64,000 nucleotides of DNA from Podarcis vaucheri (Eukaryota): assembly GCA_965113315.1 (NCBI GenBank), contig OZ220363.1. One strand, written 5' to 3'. A program made the translations under genes and the position numbers. Numbering within the stretch: the stretch's first letter is position 1; every line of letters begins with the position of its first letter. The notes beneath the pieces were generated by a model, which was not told the origin of the DNA, made no database searches, and worked only from the letters and a program-made list of their open reading frames with translations. Positions 1 through 13,900 of the stretch are shown one piece after another.

Positions 1-191
1 CTGTCTCTGGTTAACTGCCTGAAATACCATTGCATCCCAGATGTTCACTGTGACTCTGTACTGTTAAGTCACAGTGAAAATCCAGGGAGCTGTTTCTGTT
101 CTATCCTTTTGGGGACAGGTATTTAATGTGTTTCCACCCACCTTGGCTCCTCCCCAACTTTTCATATTTCTCAGATCTTGTTTACCTACAT

Positions 192-305
192 CAGCCTTCG
201 CCAACATCTGACCTCCAGATGTTTTGGACTGCAGCTCCCCTCCGCACAGCTGTGCTGGCTGGGGCTTATGAAAGCTGTAGCCCAGAACCAGGTTGGCAAA
301 GGCTA
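192..305. mobile_element. Short hAT-like MITE of a common lizard family
   Basis: Terminal inverted repeats cagccttcgccaac / gttggcaaaggcta; core ctccagatgttttggact shared with other copies in the window. Confidence 0.6.
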
Positions 306-1789
306 TCACAAGATCTGTAATGTTGCTATTTGCATGTGAACTTTCCCCCTTCCTGGTGTTTTTGGCTAACCCACTGCATTTCTGAATACCCATCCTAAAT
401 TTCCATATAAGGAAATTCTCTGCCTTTTAGACTCTCTGTCACTATCTCTTTACTAGCAGCTAAGTTTATAGTCCAGGCAGTGTGGGTTTGTGTGGCCTCA
501 TGCTGAATCAATCACCTTTATCCTTCTGTATTGCTGAATACTGGTGGACCATGTTGCAAAGCCATTATACTTTCTGCCTGCCATTTTGTGCAAATAAACT
601 CCCCCCCCCATTTGGATTGGTATTTAATTAGTTTTGCCAATTCCCCCCAAATAAGCAAAACAACGTTGGTATTTGCAGAGTAATTGTGTCCATTGCAACA
701 ACAACTGTGGAGAGTAATTTTCCACAGCAAAAGTGCCCAATGTGATAGATATATGTCATCATGTGTGCATGATAAGAGTTCACATGTATGTATAGATGCT
801 TGAGTTTTTTTCTTGTTTTGTTCTATTTTAATATCACTTCTATTTAACTTTTTTTACTGGTTGCAGAAATCTGTAAATATTTAATAAATGAATTAAATTG
901 AAAGGGAGGCCAGTTTCTCACTTTTGATATTGCAGTCAGTGGACAGGAGAACACTAGTGACTGTCAGCACCACCCCAAATTTCCCTTGCAACTGGGCATG
1001 AAGGTGGGCGAAAATAAACTTCACAAATCATGTGACCCTATCACTAAAAATAGCTGAAATACACTTTTTCAGCTTGTAACTGGGACCTCCACAAAATATT
1101 AGCAGTGGTATGGCAACTGTTTGCCCTTAGCATTGATCAGCTGGTCAGAAATCATGCCATCGCCCTTGATCCATGCATTATTTCGTCATGGTTAAAAAAC
1201 AGAAAAAAACTACTTGAAATTTGCTCTCACATTCCTATCACTAAGGTATAAATTGGTTCTATTGGTCCTAAGTGTCTTGTTCTGCTGGGGCTACAGGCCC
1301 ACAGTGGAAGTGGTAAGAAATACCAGAACCTCTTGCAATCCAGGGTAAAGCAAGACAAAGCAAGGCAAATCAGGACCTTGGGCAGCTCCCACTGGTCCCT
1401 GCTGAATTTAGGAAGATGTCTCAGCAGATATTTTCCTGAAACCCTAAAAAGACTGGCAGAACTTAATATTCCAGTGGCACAACTCCCCCAGGGGAGCTGT
1501 TTGCAGTATTTAATGGGCCTGCAGCCTGTTCTACAATTGCATGCTCCGGCATGGTGTTAAGAGTAGGAGAGGCTGTGTGGGAATCAACCTCAGACTCTGA
1601 GGATAATGGAAGAGCCATGTTCTCAGGCCAAGGAAGTGTAGAACTGAGTGCAGAGGGATCCTCCTCAAGTCAGAGTCTGCCTTTGGTCAAAACTGGGATC
1701 CTGAGGCAGGGGATATAACACCAGGACAATATCATGCAGATAAGAGTTCTGAGTGTCCATGGGTCCCATTAAATTCTATAGAGCAAAGT

Positions 1790-2150
1790 CAAAATAAAAA
1801 AAATTCCTTCCAGTAGCACCTTAAAGACCAACTAAGTTAGTTCTTGGTATGAGCTTTCGTGTGCATGCACACTTCTTCAGATACACTGAAACAGAAGTTG
1901 CCAGATCCTTCTATATAGTGAGAAGGTGGGGAGGGGTGTTACTCAGAAGGGTGGTGGGAATGGGAGATAGGCAGATAGCTGAGAGAGCCTGTTGACGATT
2001 CTTAACGACTGTAATAGGTCTTACAGGAAAAGGCAAGGGGTGAGAAGGTGAGAAATGGTTTAGTCATGTATAGTGAGATAAGAATCCAATGTCTTTGTTC
2101 AGCCCAGGTCTTTCCATGGTTTTAAGTTTGGTAATGAGTTGTAATTGAGC
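1790..2150 (-). mobile_element. Penelope-like (Neptune-type) retroelement 3' fragment: C-terminus of the GIY-YIG endonuclease plus pseudo-LTR
   Basis: Minus strand 2150-2064 reads AQLQLITKLKTMERPGLNKDIGFLSHYT*, with the GLN end motif of PLE GIY-YIG domains. A hammerhead motif and the ttagttggtctttaaggtgctactgg pLTR tail follow. Flanked by GAGCAAAGT repeats. Confidence 0.85.
1847..1884 (-). ncRNA. Minimal type-I hammerhead ribozyme motif (PLE), antisense to KALRN
   Basis: Reverse complement reads GUAU-CUGAAGA-A-GUGUG(CAUG)CACAC-GAA-AGCU-C-AUAC: complete core, perfect stem II, palindromic stem III. Confidence 0.8.
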
Positions 2151-3160
2151 AAAGTGAGCAAAGTGAGAGGGATGCAATTAGCAATACTTTGCAGGAAGAA
2201 GAACAACCTACTTTGCCCCATACAAAATTAACATCAGCAGGGGCAGACTTGGCCTGCTCAACACACTCCATTAAGTGTTTCTTAGTGGTACTCCTACAAG
2301 CAATTGTAACAAAATAGATGGTGCTATGCTTCTCCCCTCCCCTCAGATGAATACAAATTTAATGGTGGAAAGTAATATCTCTCTCACACATCTCTTTGCG
2401 CATATATATATACACACATATATATGCAGCTGCCAATAATTTTTTGGGTGTGTGTGTGTGTGTGTGTGTGTTGAGTTCATAATGAAACCTGATACCATAG
2501 GATAAGTGCATATCTTCTTATTCTGGTGGTGATTTTTTTTAAAAAAAGTTTTGTTTATCATAGTATTAAAAATGGCAATGTTTGTTAAAGTAATAATTTA
2601 ATTCACTCTACTTTGAGATATATATTGAAATTATTCAGGTTTTGTTGTTGTTTTGAGCTCCCTGTTGTGACCACATGATAAAGTTTCAGGGTTTTTTAAA
2701 AAGTAGGAAATAATGAGAAATATCAAGTCCCTGCATATTAATATACAGTTTATTCTGATGCAATCTAAAAATAGGCAGATACTTGAATGAATTCAGCAAA
2801 TAGTGTTGTGCACAGCATGCTAGTAGAAGCAGTATTGGTGGGAGAATTGGGCTCACTTGAAATAAAATCAAGGACGATTACTAGTCAGAGTCTTCAAGAA
2901 ACTTTATGCACCATTTACTCCCTTCTCCTTTCCAACTCTTTGTTGGTGCACAGAGGTCATAATGTCACCATATATGAAAGGATGCATACAATTCACTGTG
3001 TAATGCAGGCATTCTGTAATGCAGCCATTCAGCAACTGAACGTGGTGAATCCTGGATAAAACTTCCTCCAACTTTTTCCAGCTATTTTTAGAGCTGAGAA
3101 TGTTTAATATTCTTTCTTATTACCTTTTTCAACACTGCATTTTTAACCGTTCATCTTTGA

Positions 3161-3385
<225 letters not shown>

Positions 3386-4405
3386 TGAGGAAACTTGGGG
3401 TGGGAAGAGATGGACGATCAATTTTTTGTTTGTTTTATGATAATGTTTGAAAGTCAATTCCTAGCCTTATATGCATTTATTCAATGTGACCAGAATGTAT
3501 ACTCTGTAGTTTAGCATAGACAGCTCAAGGAGGTGAGCGGAGGTGGATGCTCTTTCAGGAGGGCATTACCTAACCTTGGTGCCACAAAAGAAACATACCT
3601 TGTGCCCACCTGTTATCTGTCTCATGGTGAAAGGGCACAGAGCAGGCCCTCCAATACTGACCTCAACATTGATGGGGACAGCTGTGGATACAAATCAAAA
3701 CAGAAAGTTGACCTTCAGAGTAATACTGAAAATTACTAGACCTCAAGTAGGGGAAATAACATCAGAAATAAAGGAAAGAACCCAAACCGAATATATACAT
3801 AATGGGCCTAGTTTTGGCAGTTTGCACTTTAAGAGGGAATTTGTATGTTCAGGTGATAGGACTATACAGCATTAACAAATATTATTGGCAGGGAAGAATA
3901 ACATGTGCAGGAAAAGAATTTATTATTATTATTATTATTCTGAAAATGTTTATACTTGAAATTACTGAAATAAGCCCCATGGAATCAGGACCCTGTGGGA
4001 GCAAGACTACTCTATTCACTTCCCTGCTACGGAAATACTCCTCATGAATCTCAGCATGAATCTTAAGAGCAGCTGTTCTTCATACAATTAATTTAACCCA
4101 GCATTTGAACTGTGAAGCATTTAAGGAAGTTTTTGAAATATATATATATATTTATTTATCATTGCCATTAAAGAATGATTTGATTTCAATAGGAACAGAA
4201 TTTGAGTGGGCACAAGGGTGCTATGTTTCATGCTGGCTGTACGGTACTCAATCAGGATGCATGTGTGTACTCTGCCTTGTCTGTGTCAGGAGAGACATTT
4301 AAAAAAGGAAGGAAGAAAAGGAAGGCTTTTATGGCAACAGTACTGTCAGTAACACGCCTCCTGTGAGAGCCTGAATTCTTTTTCCTGCAACTCAAGCCGT
4401 TTCTC

Positions 4406-4540
4406 CATTATTACTATTATTTATTTATTAAATTTGCATACCACAACCCTCCATCCAAACATCACAGGGCAGTTCACAACATAAAAATACAATATAAAAA
4501 TGAGAACATAAAATACATTTTAAAAAAGAACAGAAACAAA
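4406..4540 (-). mobile_element. L2-type LINE 3' terminus; related copies near 40968-41083 (-), 6141-6223 (+) and 57424-57513 (+)
   Basis: Shared gtgaactgccctgtgat...ggatg motif followed by a short tandem-repeat tail. Confidence 0.5.
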
Positions 4541-5725
4541 CAAGGGGGGATAGAAGATCTGTAAAAGCAGCCTTCTGAAATCCCATCTCTATGAATTTCT
4601 GCCCCAGGTTTAGTGATGCTGATTGAAATTAGCACTCACGCATTTGCTGTCTACTGTTATTCTGACTTGGATTTCCAAGAACTGTAAATTGTCAATGCTC
4701 ACATGACACGGCAAGTCGAACTACAGCTTACTGGGACAGAAAGAATGTGTGGGCTCGTGGAGAGTTTGCAGCTGCTTTGTTGTTCCCTAGGCTTTTTTTT
4801 TTTTACTATTGCATTTCACTGTCATGGCCCTCACTACCAGATGAAGAACTTGAACTCCCAGGTCACTTTCTTCCAAAGACTTTAATGCTTAAATCAGAGG
4901 AGTACATAAGCAAGGCAGTGTTCCATGGTGCAGTAGATGTGCAAGAGGATTAGCTCCAACAAGCAGCATGCCCCCTGCATTTTTCTTTTGAAGGATGGGT
5001 GGGCACAGCACTAAGTGCAACAAACAGCAGGGTCTTGAGGCTGGAGAAACAAAGAGGCACTCCTCCAGGTGGATTCAGCTTGCAAGCTCTGTTTATGCTG
5101 GCACTCAGCATCTGATTTACCCTCAGTAGCCTCCTCCTCTGAAGGAACCTCATCACTCATAGGAGGAGGTGCCACAACAGAAGGGATCTGACATGGGGTG
5201 CCCAGTGGCTCTGGAGCAGAACACTTCTCTGCTAATCTGCCAGGACTCTCCCCTGGATCTTACTCTCCATCCTCCACATTACCAGCTGCTTCTGGATTCT
5301 GACACTCCTTGGAGTCCTCCTTCTCACTAATACTTTCCTCAGGGTTGTCCAGCTCTCTGAGCTTCTCCCATTCTTCTTCAGGATCAGACCACCATGACAC
5401 ATCTGTAGGACTCATGTCATGGGCTGAGCTATGTCCTTAGTGTGTTGTCTGTACCTGGACTCATGCTGAAGCTCTTTCCCTACTAACCACAAACAACAGC
5501 CAATAACAAACCTTGGCTACAACACATGGTTAGAGGAGTGAATTTTTTGTTGCTGTAGATGGTTGTTGCTTGCTCCGTTCGTCATCGCTTCCCTTCCCCA
5601 ACTTACCCTTCCCTTTTACTCCAAGCAACTGTGTACAATAACCCTAGAAACTCCACCAGTGCTCACCAATCAGATACTACTATCCACATGGCGAGAACCA
5701 ATGAATTCATAAAACAAGAATAGGC

Positions 5726-5865
5726 CAGGGTTAGCCAACATGGTGCCCTCTAGATTTTGCTGGACTCCAACTCCCATCAGCCCCAGCCAGTATGGCTAAT
5801 GATCAGGGATGATGGTAGGTAGAGTCCAGCAACAGTTGGGGAGAATACAATACTGGCTACCCCTG
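5726..5865. mobile_element. Short hAT-like MITE, same family; weaker copies near 26005-26108 and 36951-37040
   Basis: Terminal inverted repeats cagggttagcca / tggctacccctg (11 of 12 match). Confidence 0.65.
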
Positions 5866-6190
5866 CTGTAGTGTCTCCACTTCATCAGCCCCATTTATTA
5901 CTTTAGAAATATTTATAAACCACTTAATTAACGAGCTCTCTAAGCAGTGCACATAATAAAATTATAAAGCAGCTAAAATCTACAACCCTATTATATATAT
6001 ATACATACACACACACACAAAATAATTATCATTCCATTGAAACCTTGGATAATATAATTAGGCTGCAATCCCCTATGTCCACTTACATGAAGGTAAGCTT
6101 CTCGCAAAATATAATTATCCTAAGGAAGATCCATTTATCTTTTCTGTGAATGGCTCTGAGACCTCCAGGTATAGGGCGGTATATTAATTC

Positions 6191-6224
<34 letters not shown>
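6191..6224 (+). repeat. (TAA)n microsatellite (L2 tail)
   Basis: Seen directly. Confidence 0.95.
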
Positions 6225-6486
6225 TTATTCTCATAGGCAGCTAAATTGTACTGATTTTGAGATGTTTGAAAATACCCAATTTGGGCAATTTCTTCAATTA
6301 CCCACAACTTCCAGTCCAAGGTGATCTTACCTCTACGATTCTGATATAATAAACATTACATCATTTTGCTTTATGCAATATCATAAACATTATATATCTT
6401 TATTTTATGCACTTCTGAAAAACATGTCTTGCTTCCAAACACCATTGTATCTTGTATAATAACCAGTTAAATCTGTTGGGCTTTGA

Positions 6487-6801
<315 letters not shown>

Positions 6802-8474
6802 TGACATACATTTATTTTTACTTTCCAGTTTTCTCCCTTATGGCTCATGTTAGCATGCTTTCACATCTACAAGAGCTATTCTCAAGGAAATAAAACAACC
6901 AAGAGAAATTAAGTGAAGCCTAGCACTATCGGAGTACACACGAACACTGAAGCTAGGTAAAGTTCAAATCAGAAAGATGTTTCTGCTGTTCCATACCTGC
7001 CCTGTTTCCATGGGATTTGTGCTTGGGAGTAATACAGAGAGCTTATGCAGTTTATACTTCAGCCCAGTTAGTTAACTCTAACTAACTAACAGCCCAGTTA
7101 GTTACACAATGGAGGTAAGGGAATGTTCCTGCCTATCTAGGGGATCTTTTTTCACTTACAACTTCTCCAGCTGCTTAAAGTGCTAGCAGAGGCAATATGA
7201 AACATAGCCATCTTGGGAGATGTGGTCTTGTAAACCTGCGGTATTGAAAACTGGATGGAAGTGAAAATCACTAGAAAATCTGGGCCCAAACAAAATAACA
7301 CCTTCATTACTAAATAAGATAGAATGGCTCTTGAACTTCACATTCAGGGCATGGTAATCTATCCTCCCCTTTGGGAGGAAGGTTCTTTTTAAATGCCAGA
7401 TACAGCACACATTTGTTATAATTAGCCTGCATATGGTGTTGTGTCCTCAGGACTTTTCCTGCATTTAGTATGCTTGACTTCGCTACATGTCTTTGATCTG
7501 GCTGCATTAACAATTTTCAATCACACACACGGCTGGTGTATTTCTGATTGTGATAACTCATCAGTGGCAATCAGTAAAGGGCCTAGGATATCAAAGGGCA
7601 GCTGGCTCCCCTGTGATGAATGATTTGGCCTTTCTGTCTTGCCACATGTCAAACAGTTTTAAGCCACATATACAATGACAAAACTGGGATTTCTTAAAAT
7701 GCTGGTATTAACAGAACTACTTTTTCTGTTGCTTTGAATGTATTGTCTTAGGTAAAATAGTGATTCATTAATGTTTTTGCTGGGTGGATTTATTTTCCTA
7801 AATCACAGGGAAATTTTAACTGGGTTTGAATGCAGAACCTTTCTATATACTATGCTTCTTTATGGTCCTTTACTTGGAGTCTGGATCCTAAGAAAACTTT
7901 TGGGAGCATGTGGTGGGCAGAGTGTACCTCCTCTTGACTGCAAACCAAGACTCTTGTCCTCAGCATTGAACAAAGCAACACATAAATGATCACATTGAAC
8001 CCACGAGCCTGAGTTCAGAACATAAAAAAGGTTTATTTTCCTTTGGCTCTGTCTCTTCCTTTTCTGCTATGTGGTGTGAAAGAGAAGTATAATCTTCTCT
8101 TATAATGTGCCAAAATCAAAAGGATATTTACTGTGAATTTCAGTAAGTCTGTCCTCTCTCTTTCTCATAAAATCAGTGGTGTACAAGAGACAGAAAGAGT
8201 TTTTTCTTCACCTTAATTTTAAAAAGTAATCAGTATTCTTTAGTTAAACATTGCATCCCTGAAAGGCTGAGAGCGATTACTCACTGCAAAACTGTTGCTT
8301 CAGACGGCCATGGGGAAGAGAAGCTGCAGCTGGAAGAATAACATTTTGGTAGCTACACAACACATTTCCTATACAGACACCAGCTGCAGATACGTTAGAT
8401 TTGAGCAACTAGCAAACTGATTTCTTGGTGCTTCACAAGGCATCTGTAAATGTGAATGGGTTTATCTACAATAA

Positions 8475-8786
<312 letters not shown>

Positions 8787-9441
8787 TAGTCTGTTTTTGT
8801 GTTGGCTTAAATGTTTCTGGAAGACATGCTGAGCTGCGACATATTGAAAGTGTTAAACTCCCTGGGTGGTATTTAGCTTAGTTTTTTCTCAAAAACAACA
8901 TGAATTGGCAGCTTCCAGATATATTTTATTTGAAAAAACTTTTGTTGCTCATTCTATAGGATCTCCACTAGAAAGTAATATCTTGATCTGCTAATGTTGC
9001 ATGCATAGTTATGTTTCTGATGTAAGCTTGGACTTTGATATCTAGTACAGAGGCTGAGATCATGAGAAAGTTTAGTTTTCAAAAGCAGGTTTCTAGACCT
9101 CTTTTTGTGTAGGACATATTAAATTGTGCAGTAGACAGTACCACGGGTAACAGCTCAAGTACCCAAAGGAATCTTGAATTGGATCAGGGCATTGGTATTT
9201 TGTGTTGCTCATGGTTCTCTTCTGTCCAGCCTTCCATCATTCAACAGCTTGATATGGGTAACAGGCCTGACTGAAGCCCTTCATGCTTGGGAAATTAAGT
9301 CTAAAGCTCCTCAATCCATCTAACTGCTTTTGTAAACCAACCTTAAATTTATCACTGTGGACAATGGCACTTGAGCCCTTCCCTTTCAGCTTTACATACT
9401 TTCTTCCTTATTGTCATTCTGATAAGAAATATTCAGGATGG

Positions 9442-10625
9442 ACTTCTGGCGCTGCCGTCATGGCGAACTGCAGATCCCACGATAGCAGACACCAGCGTTG
9501 CAGTTAATTAAGGATAATCTGGCAGCAATTATCCTTGCAAGCCCCACCCCGGGGTCAGGGGCGGAGCTTTCACTCACAGATCATCCAATAACTGCCTCGC
9601 TCTGATGGATGGCGGGGCAGGGACACAGAGTGCATAGTACTGCATGTATTGGAAACCCCCCAATGCGGTCGCCATGAGCGGAGGTACTTCTGTTTCTTTT
9701 AAGATGGATCTGAATTTGGACTTAAGAAACAGATGTGCTCTGGATGAAGGAGAAAGATAACCTGCTAAATGAATCAGCCACTGAGTGCCAATGTTTTGAT
9801 CTGGAGAGGACTCTCGTTGTAATTGGATTGCTATGTAAGTGAAGGGGAAGCCTTTGTTCTCTTTTACAATATATTTGCTTTGCTATGATTAAGCAAGCCT
9901 TCACTGAAGAAGAATTAATTAATTGCTAATGGAATAAAATTACTAATGGATTAAAACTATATATGGAATGCAAGAGGGATTCAACAAGAACTATAATTTT
10001 CTTTACGGAGTACTGGAAAGAATAGACTTTGTGAAATACTGTGATGATTTGTGACATTGCCTACTAAAGAGGGCTCTAACTCTGATTTATTACGGTTTTG
10101 ATGAGACACCAGCTTGTTAGTAGATTGGAAAGGACTAAGGGAGATAAAAACTGGAAGAAAACCAGGAGTCACGGCCGGACTCTGGAATACTTTTGGTTTT
10201 AGAAAGGCAAAATGGAAGCTGTGGTGTAATGAGAATTAAGTTCTCAAGGGAGGGGCAATGTTGAAGAGGATTGATTGATTACAACATGAAGGAAAAGAAG
10301 AATGAAAACAAATATTTCACACAGAAAACTGCAAGAAATAAATTCCCTTTGCAAGTTAATGGATATGGATTTGCTAAATACGAACGAAAATCATCACACC
10401 AGTGGCTGTTAAAATAAAGGATCAAGATCGGAATTGTTGTATTTGGACTAATTAAGAGAATTGGCGCAGGACCAAGGAATAACATCAACTCCTGATAGCC
10501 AGAACATGGGAAGTCATCCAAAAATGCTGAATTCAGAACTGATTAATTGGCTCTTTTGATTGTATTAATGTGGCCTCCATTGGATTGTTATAAATAAAAA
10601 AATAATAAAAATTATTTATATAAAA
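9442..10625 (+). mobile_element. About 1.2-kb non-autonomous, probably L1-mobilised retroelement with target-site duplication
   Basis: Flanked by AAGAAATATTCAGGATGG (9424-9441) and AAGAAATATTTGAGGATGG (10626-10644). CpG/GC-rich 5' end, AATAAA and A-rich 3' tail, no long ORF. Confidence 0.6.
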
Positions 10626-10664
10626 AAGAAATATTTGAGGATGGTTAGTATGGACACTTTCAAG

Positions 10665-10949
10665 ACGGAGCAAGCTTGTTTTCTACTGCTCTGGATGGTA
10701 GGACCCAAACCAATGGATTCAAGTTACAAGAAAGGAGATTCCAACTAAACCTCAGGAATAACTTTCTGAAGTAAAGTGCTGTTCATCAGCGGAACAGGCT
10801 CCCACGAGAGGTGGACTTTCCTTCCTTGGAGGTTTTTAAGCAGAGGTTGGCGATGGCCATTTGTCATGTATGATTTAATTGAGATTCCTACATTGCAGGG
10901 GGTCGGACTAGATGACCCTTGGGGTCCCTTCCAATTCTATGATTCTATA
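10665..10949 (+). mobile_element. CR1 LINE 3' fragment
   Basis: Degenerate ORF2 end (RTQTNGFKLQERRFQLNLRNNFL) plus CR1 3'UTR ending ccttccaattctatgattcta. Confidence 0.85.
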
Positions 10950-13900
10950 GTGCACTTTTCTGAGAAACCATTTCATTGTTTTTAAAGCATACACATAGTT
11001 TGGTTGAGATGCATTGTTCTATTTTGCCCAGTAGAATATGTACTCTTCTTGTTATGAGCAAGGTTGTCCTAGTAGAACAAGTATTCAGAAAGTACTTTCA
11101 GCGAGGTAAAGTACTGAACACAGTTGCTGTGAAACTGCAAATATTCAGACAAATGTTAATAACCCATAGCATTCTCTGATACACAGAAATAGAACATTTT
11201 GTTACTGGTACAAAAAAACAACACATGTTGAGAACTAGACACATGTTACTGCTAAGTGGGGAGCTGGAAGAAGGCAGAGTTGTGTGTTTGTGTGTGTGTG
11301 TGTGTGTGTTTGTGTTTGAAGTAGGTTTCTTTCATTACTTAGCAAACATAACCAGAAAAATGTCTAGAGTTTGTTTCTGGAAATAGAACAGCACTGTACA
11401 TATGACAGAATGGATTTTATTTTGCCACATGCTGCCTTGAGTGCCTCCTATTGAAGCAAAAAAGTAGTATATAAATGTGTTTAAAATTAATAATAGAATA
11501 AATGTATATGTGTGGCTGCTTGTGTGGGCCAATGGATGTGGGAAATTTGAAGTATCAGGTAAATTGGCAGGATCCACTGATCCATGAATCGTCCAGCAGC
11601 CATAAAGTGGTTGTGTGGTTGCTTCACTCAAGTTCCATTTGGTTTCCGTTTGCTATGCACCGCTGCCCAGCCTCATACTTCATAGCTTTCTCAACAAGCT
11701 AGTGTGATCATGTGCTCCCAAACAGTATAAATTCTAGAACACAATGTGAGAACGCTAAAATATCCCCTTTTACTTTATAAAGTGATTTTCAAGCTATCAG
11801 CAAATGGTGTTGGTTGTTCAAAACGCATCAGAAAATCAGAGGCACTGTGGACAGGGCTTCCAGTAATCAACCAAAGGGGCTCCTCTATTATCTGCACTTT
11901 TTCTCCCCATGATCTTATCACTAGTCAGGAGCACTGCGAAATTTCTTAAACTTCAGGCAATTTAAAAAAATCAGTTGTTGCGGTTTCTAGTGCTTCAAAT
12001 GCTGAAAGGATTTGTAAGGCCTAAACTTCCATTTTGCTGGCTCTTGCTGCCAATCAGAGACAGTCGTTGAAACTGCCCCTGATGTATCATGACCTTGGCT
12101 GGCAACTAAGAGGAGACAGGGAAGCAGAGGAATAGAAACATTTACACCCTTGTAACATATTGACAACTAACAGCCTTTTTTGTAACACTGGAGTAATATG
12201 ATTAGTGTAATACAATCACCTGTTGAAAATGTTTTCACATTTAAAACTATGTTAAAGTTTCCAGACTGTCTTCAGGGGCAGCTCCACATGGAAGACATTA
12301 CAGTGGTCATAAGACTCTTAGGGAAATCTATGGCACTTGTTTGTATCTGTAACTCATTCTGAACCTTTCCCTTTCTGATTTTAATTCTTATTCTTGCTTG
12401 GAAAACTATCTATATACCAATATATATTATCTGCCTTAAAATATTCCCTCAAAATTTCATTTTGAAGGAATTATTGCTTTAAAAGATGCAGAATGAGTCA
12501 TGCTATTTCCATAGTGTGCTCCAACCATCTACAAACTTGTGCAGAGTAATCTAAAGCCCAAACAAAGTGTGCATGGATTTAGGAGTGAACTTTCAAACTG
12601 TTTCAAAAGAGATGTTAACAGCTGTGGTTCATTAGTTTCTTTAGAGTTTCTTTAACGTTATTGGGAAGCCTTTCTCACTCCAATGCTTTACAGCAAGCCC
12701 ATGGTGAAAACACATTTTATTTGTTCAGCTGAATACTTTAAAAGTCAATTGATTATTAACCTGTGAATTATTACAGCTATAGCTTTCCCTGGAAAGAGCT
12801 GGGTTTAAATATATCACTGCCCTGTCATAAAGCGGCTGGATTTGGCTTCCTGTGGGATGAGTCATAATCAAAATCACTTAGTGAAATTGGAATTTATATT
12901 GATTTTGGCCTGTTGTTCGTTTCCAGTCCAGATCCAAATGGGTTTCCCTTTCACTTTAGAGCATCTGAGACGATGAATGGTCTCAAATCCATTACCAAAT
13001 TGCCCTTGCTCTTAGGATTAGAGGAAGAGTGGGCTGCTACCAACCAATACCTGGTGCTTACTCAACTCAACTTTTGCTGATACAGTAGAAAGTCTGGAGA
13101 GCTCTAGAATGCCTACATGTGGTTGCATTTTAACATAATGGTGCTTGGAGATATCTGAAATTGTTTTTTCCCCTTCCCTTTCTCATTAGGAAAGTTTTCT
13201 GTTTTCAACAGTATATGCCATTGGCTTGGTTGTTAAGGCAATGAGTTGAAACTTGGAGTAATTGGATATAAAGGATGTGTAATGTGCATGGGGGCTGACT
13301 CTCTCTGTAGAATACTTAATAAAATAGGTGGCTGGTTTTTCACATTCTCTTATGCTAAGACAGAGAGAGATAATTAAGGGTGTGCCTTCTACCATTATCT
13401 ATCATATCATCTAGTTGTTTGTTTCTCCAAACTGTCCTGCCCAGTAGTTTTCCACTTTCTTCAAATGGAAGACTTTGCTTAGGCTGCCACCAAATATGTC
13501 TGTCCCCCCCAGCTCCCCACACAGCTACTTCTGACTACTCCCAGTTCTGACCCTTTATAGCATCTTTGACTGCTTAGTCTTTCATCTGCAAACCAGATCA
13601 AAAGTATACCATGGCGTGAAATATTAAGGTACAAAACTGAGGCACTGATGTGTCAAAAATTAGTGCTTCCTAGAATGTCAGATCAGGGAATAGAGATTCA
13701 GCCTGGTTCTGTCTCTGAGCCTGGATGCCCAGATTTCAGCAGTGGCAGGTAGTGGTTTTGCATAGCTGAGACTGGTGCACCTTTGAAATTCCTGCCTAGT
13801 CTTCTCTAGGGGGTTAGTCAGCCATTAGGCAAATACCTCTTTTTTTTTAAAGGTCTTTAACCTGTTGATGTTTTACTTCAGGTTTATTTCTCATCTGTAC

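Noticed and set aside
4745-5399. Possible solo LTR on the minus strand (begins TGTCATGG), and similar-looking sequence at about 1555-1740
   Set aside because: I could not define the second end or a target-site duplication; needs RepeatMasker.
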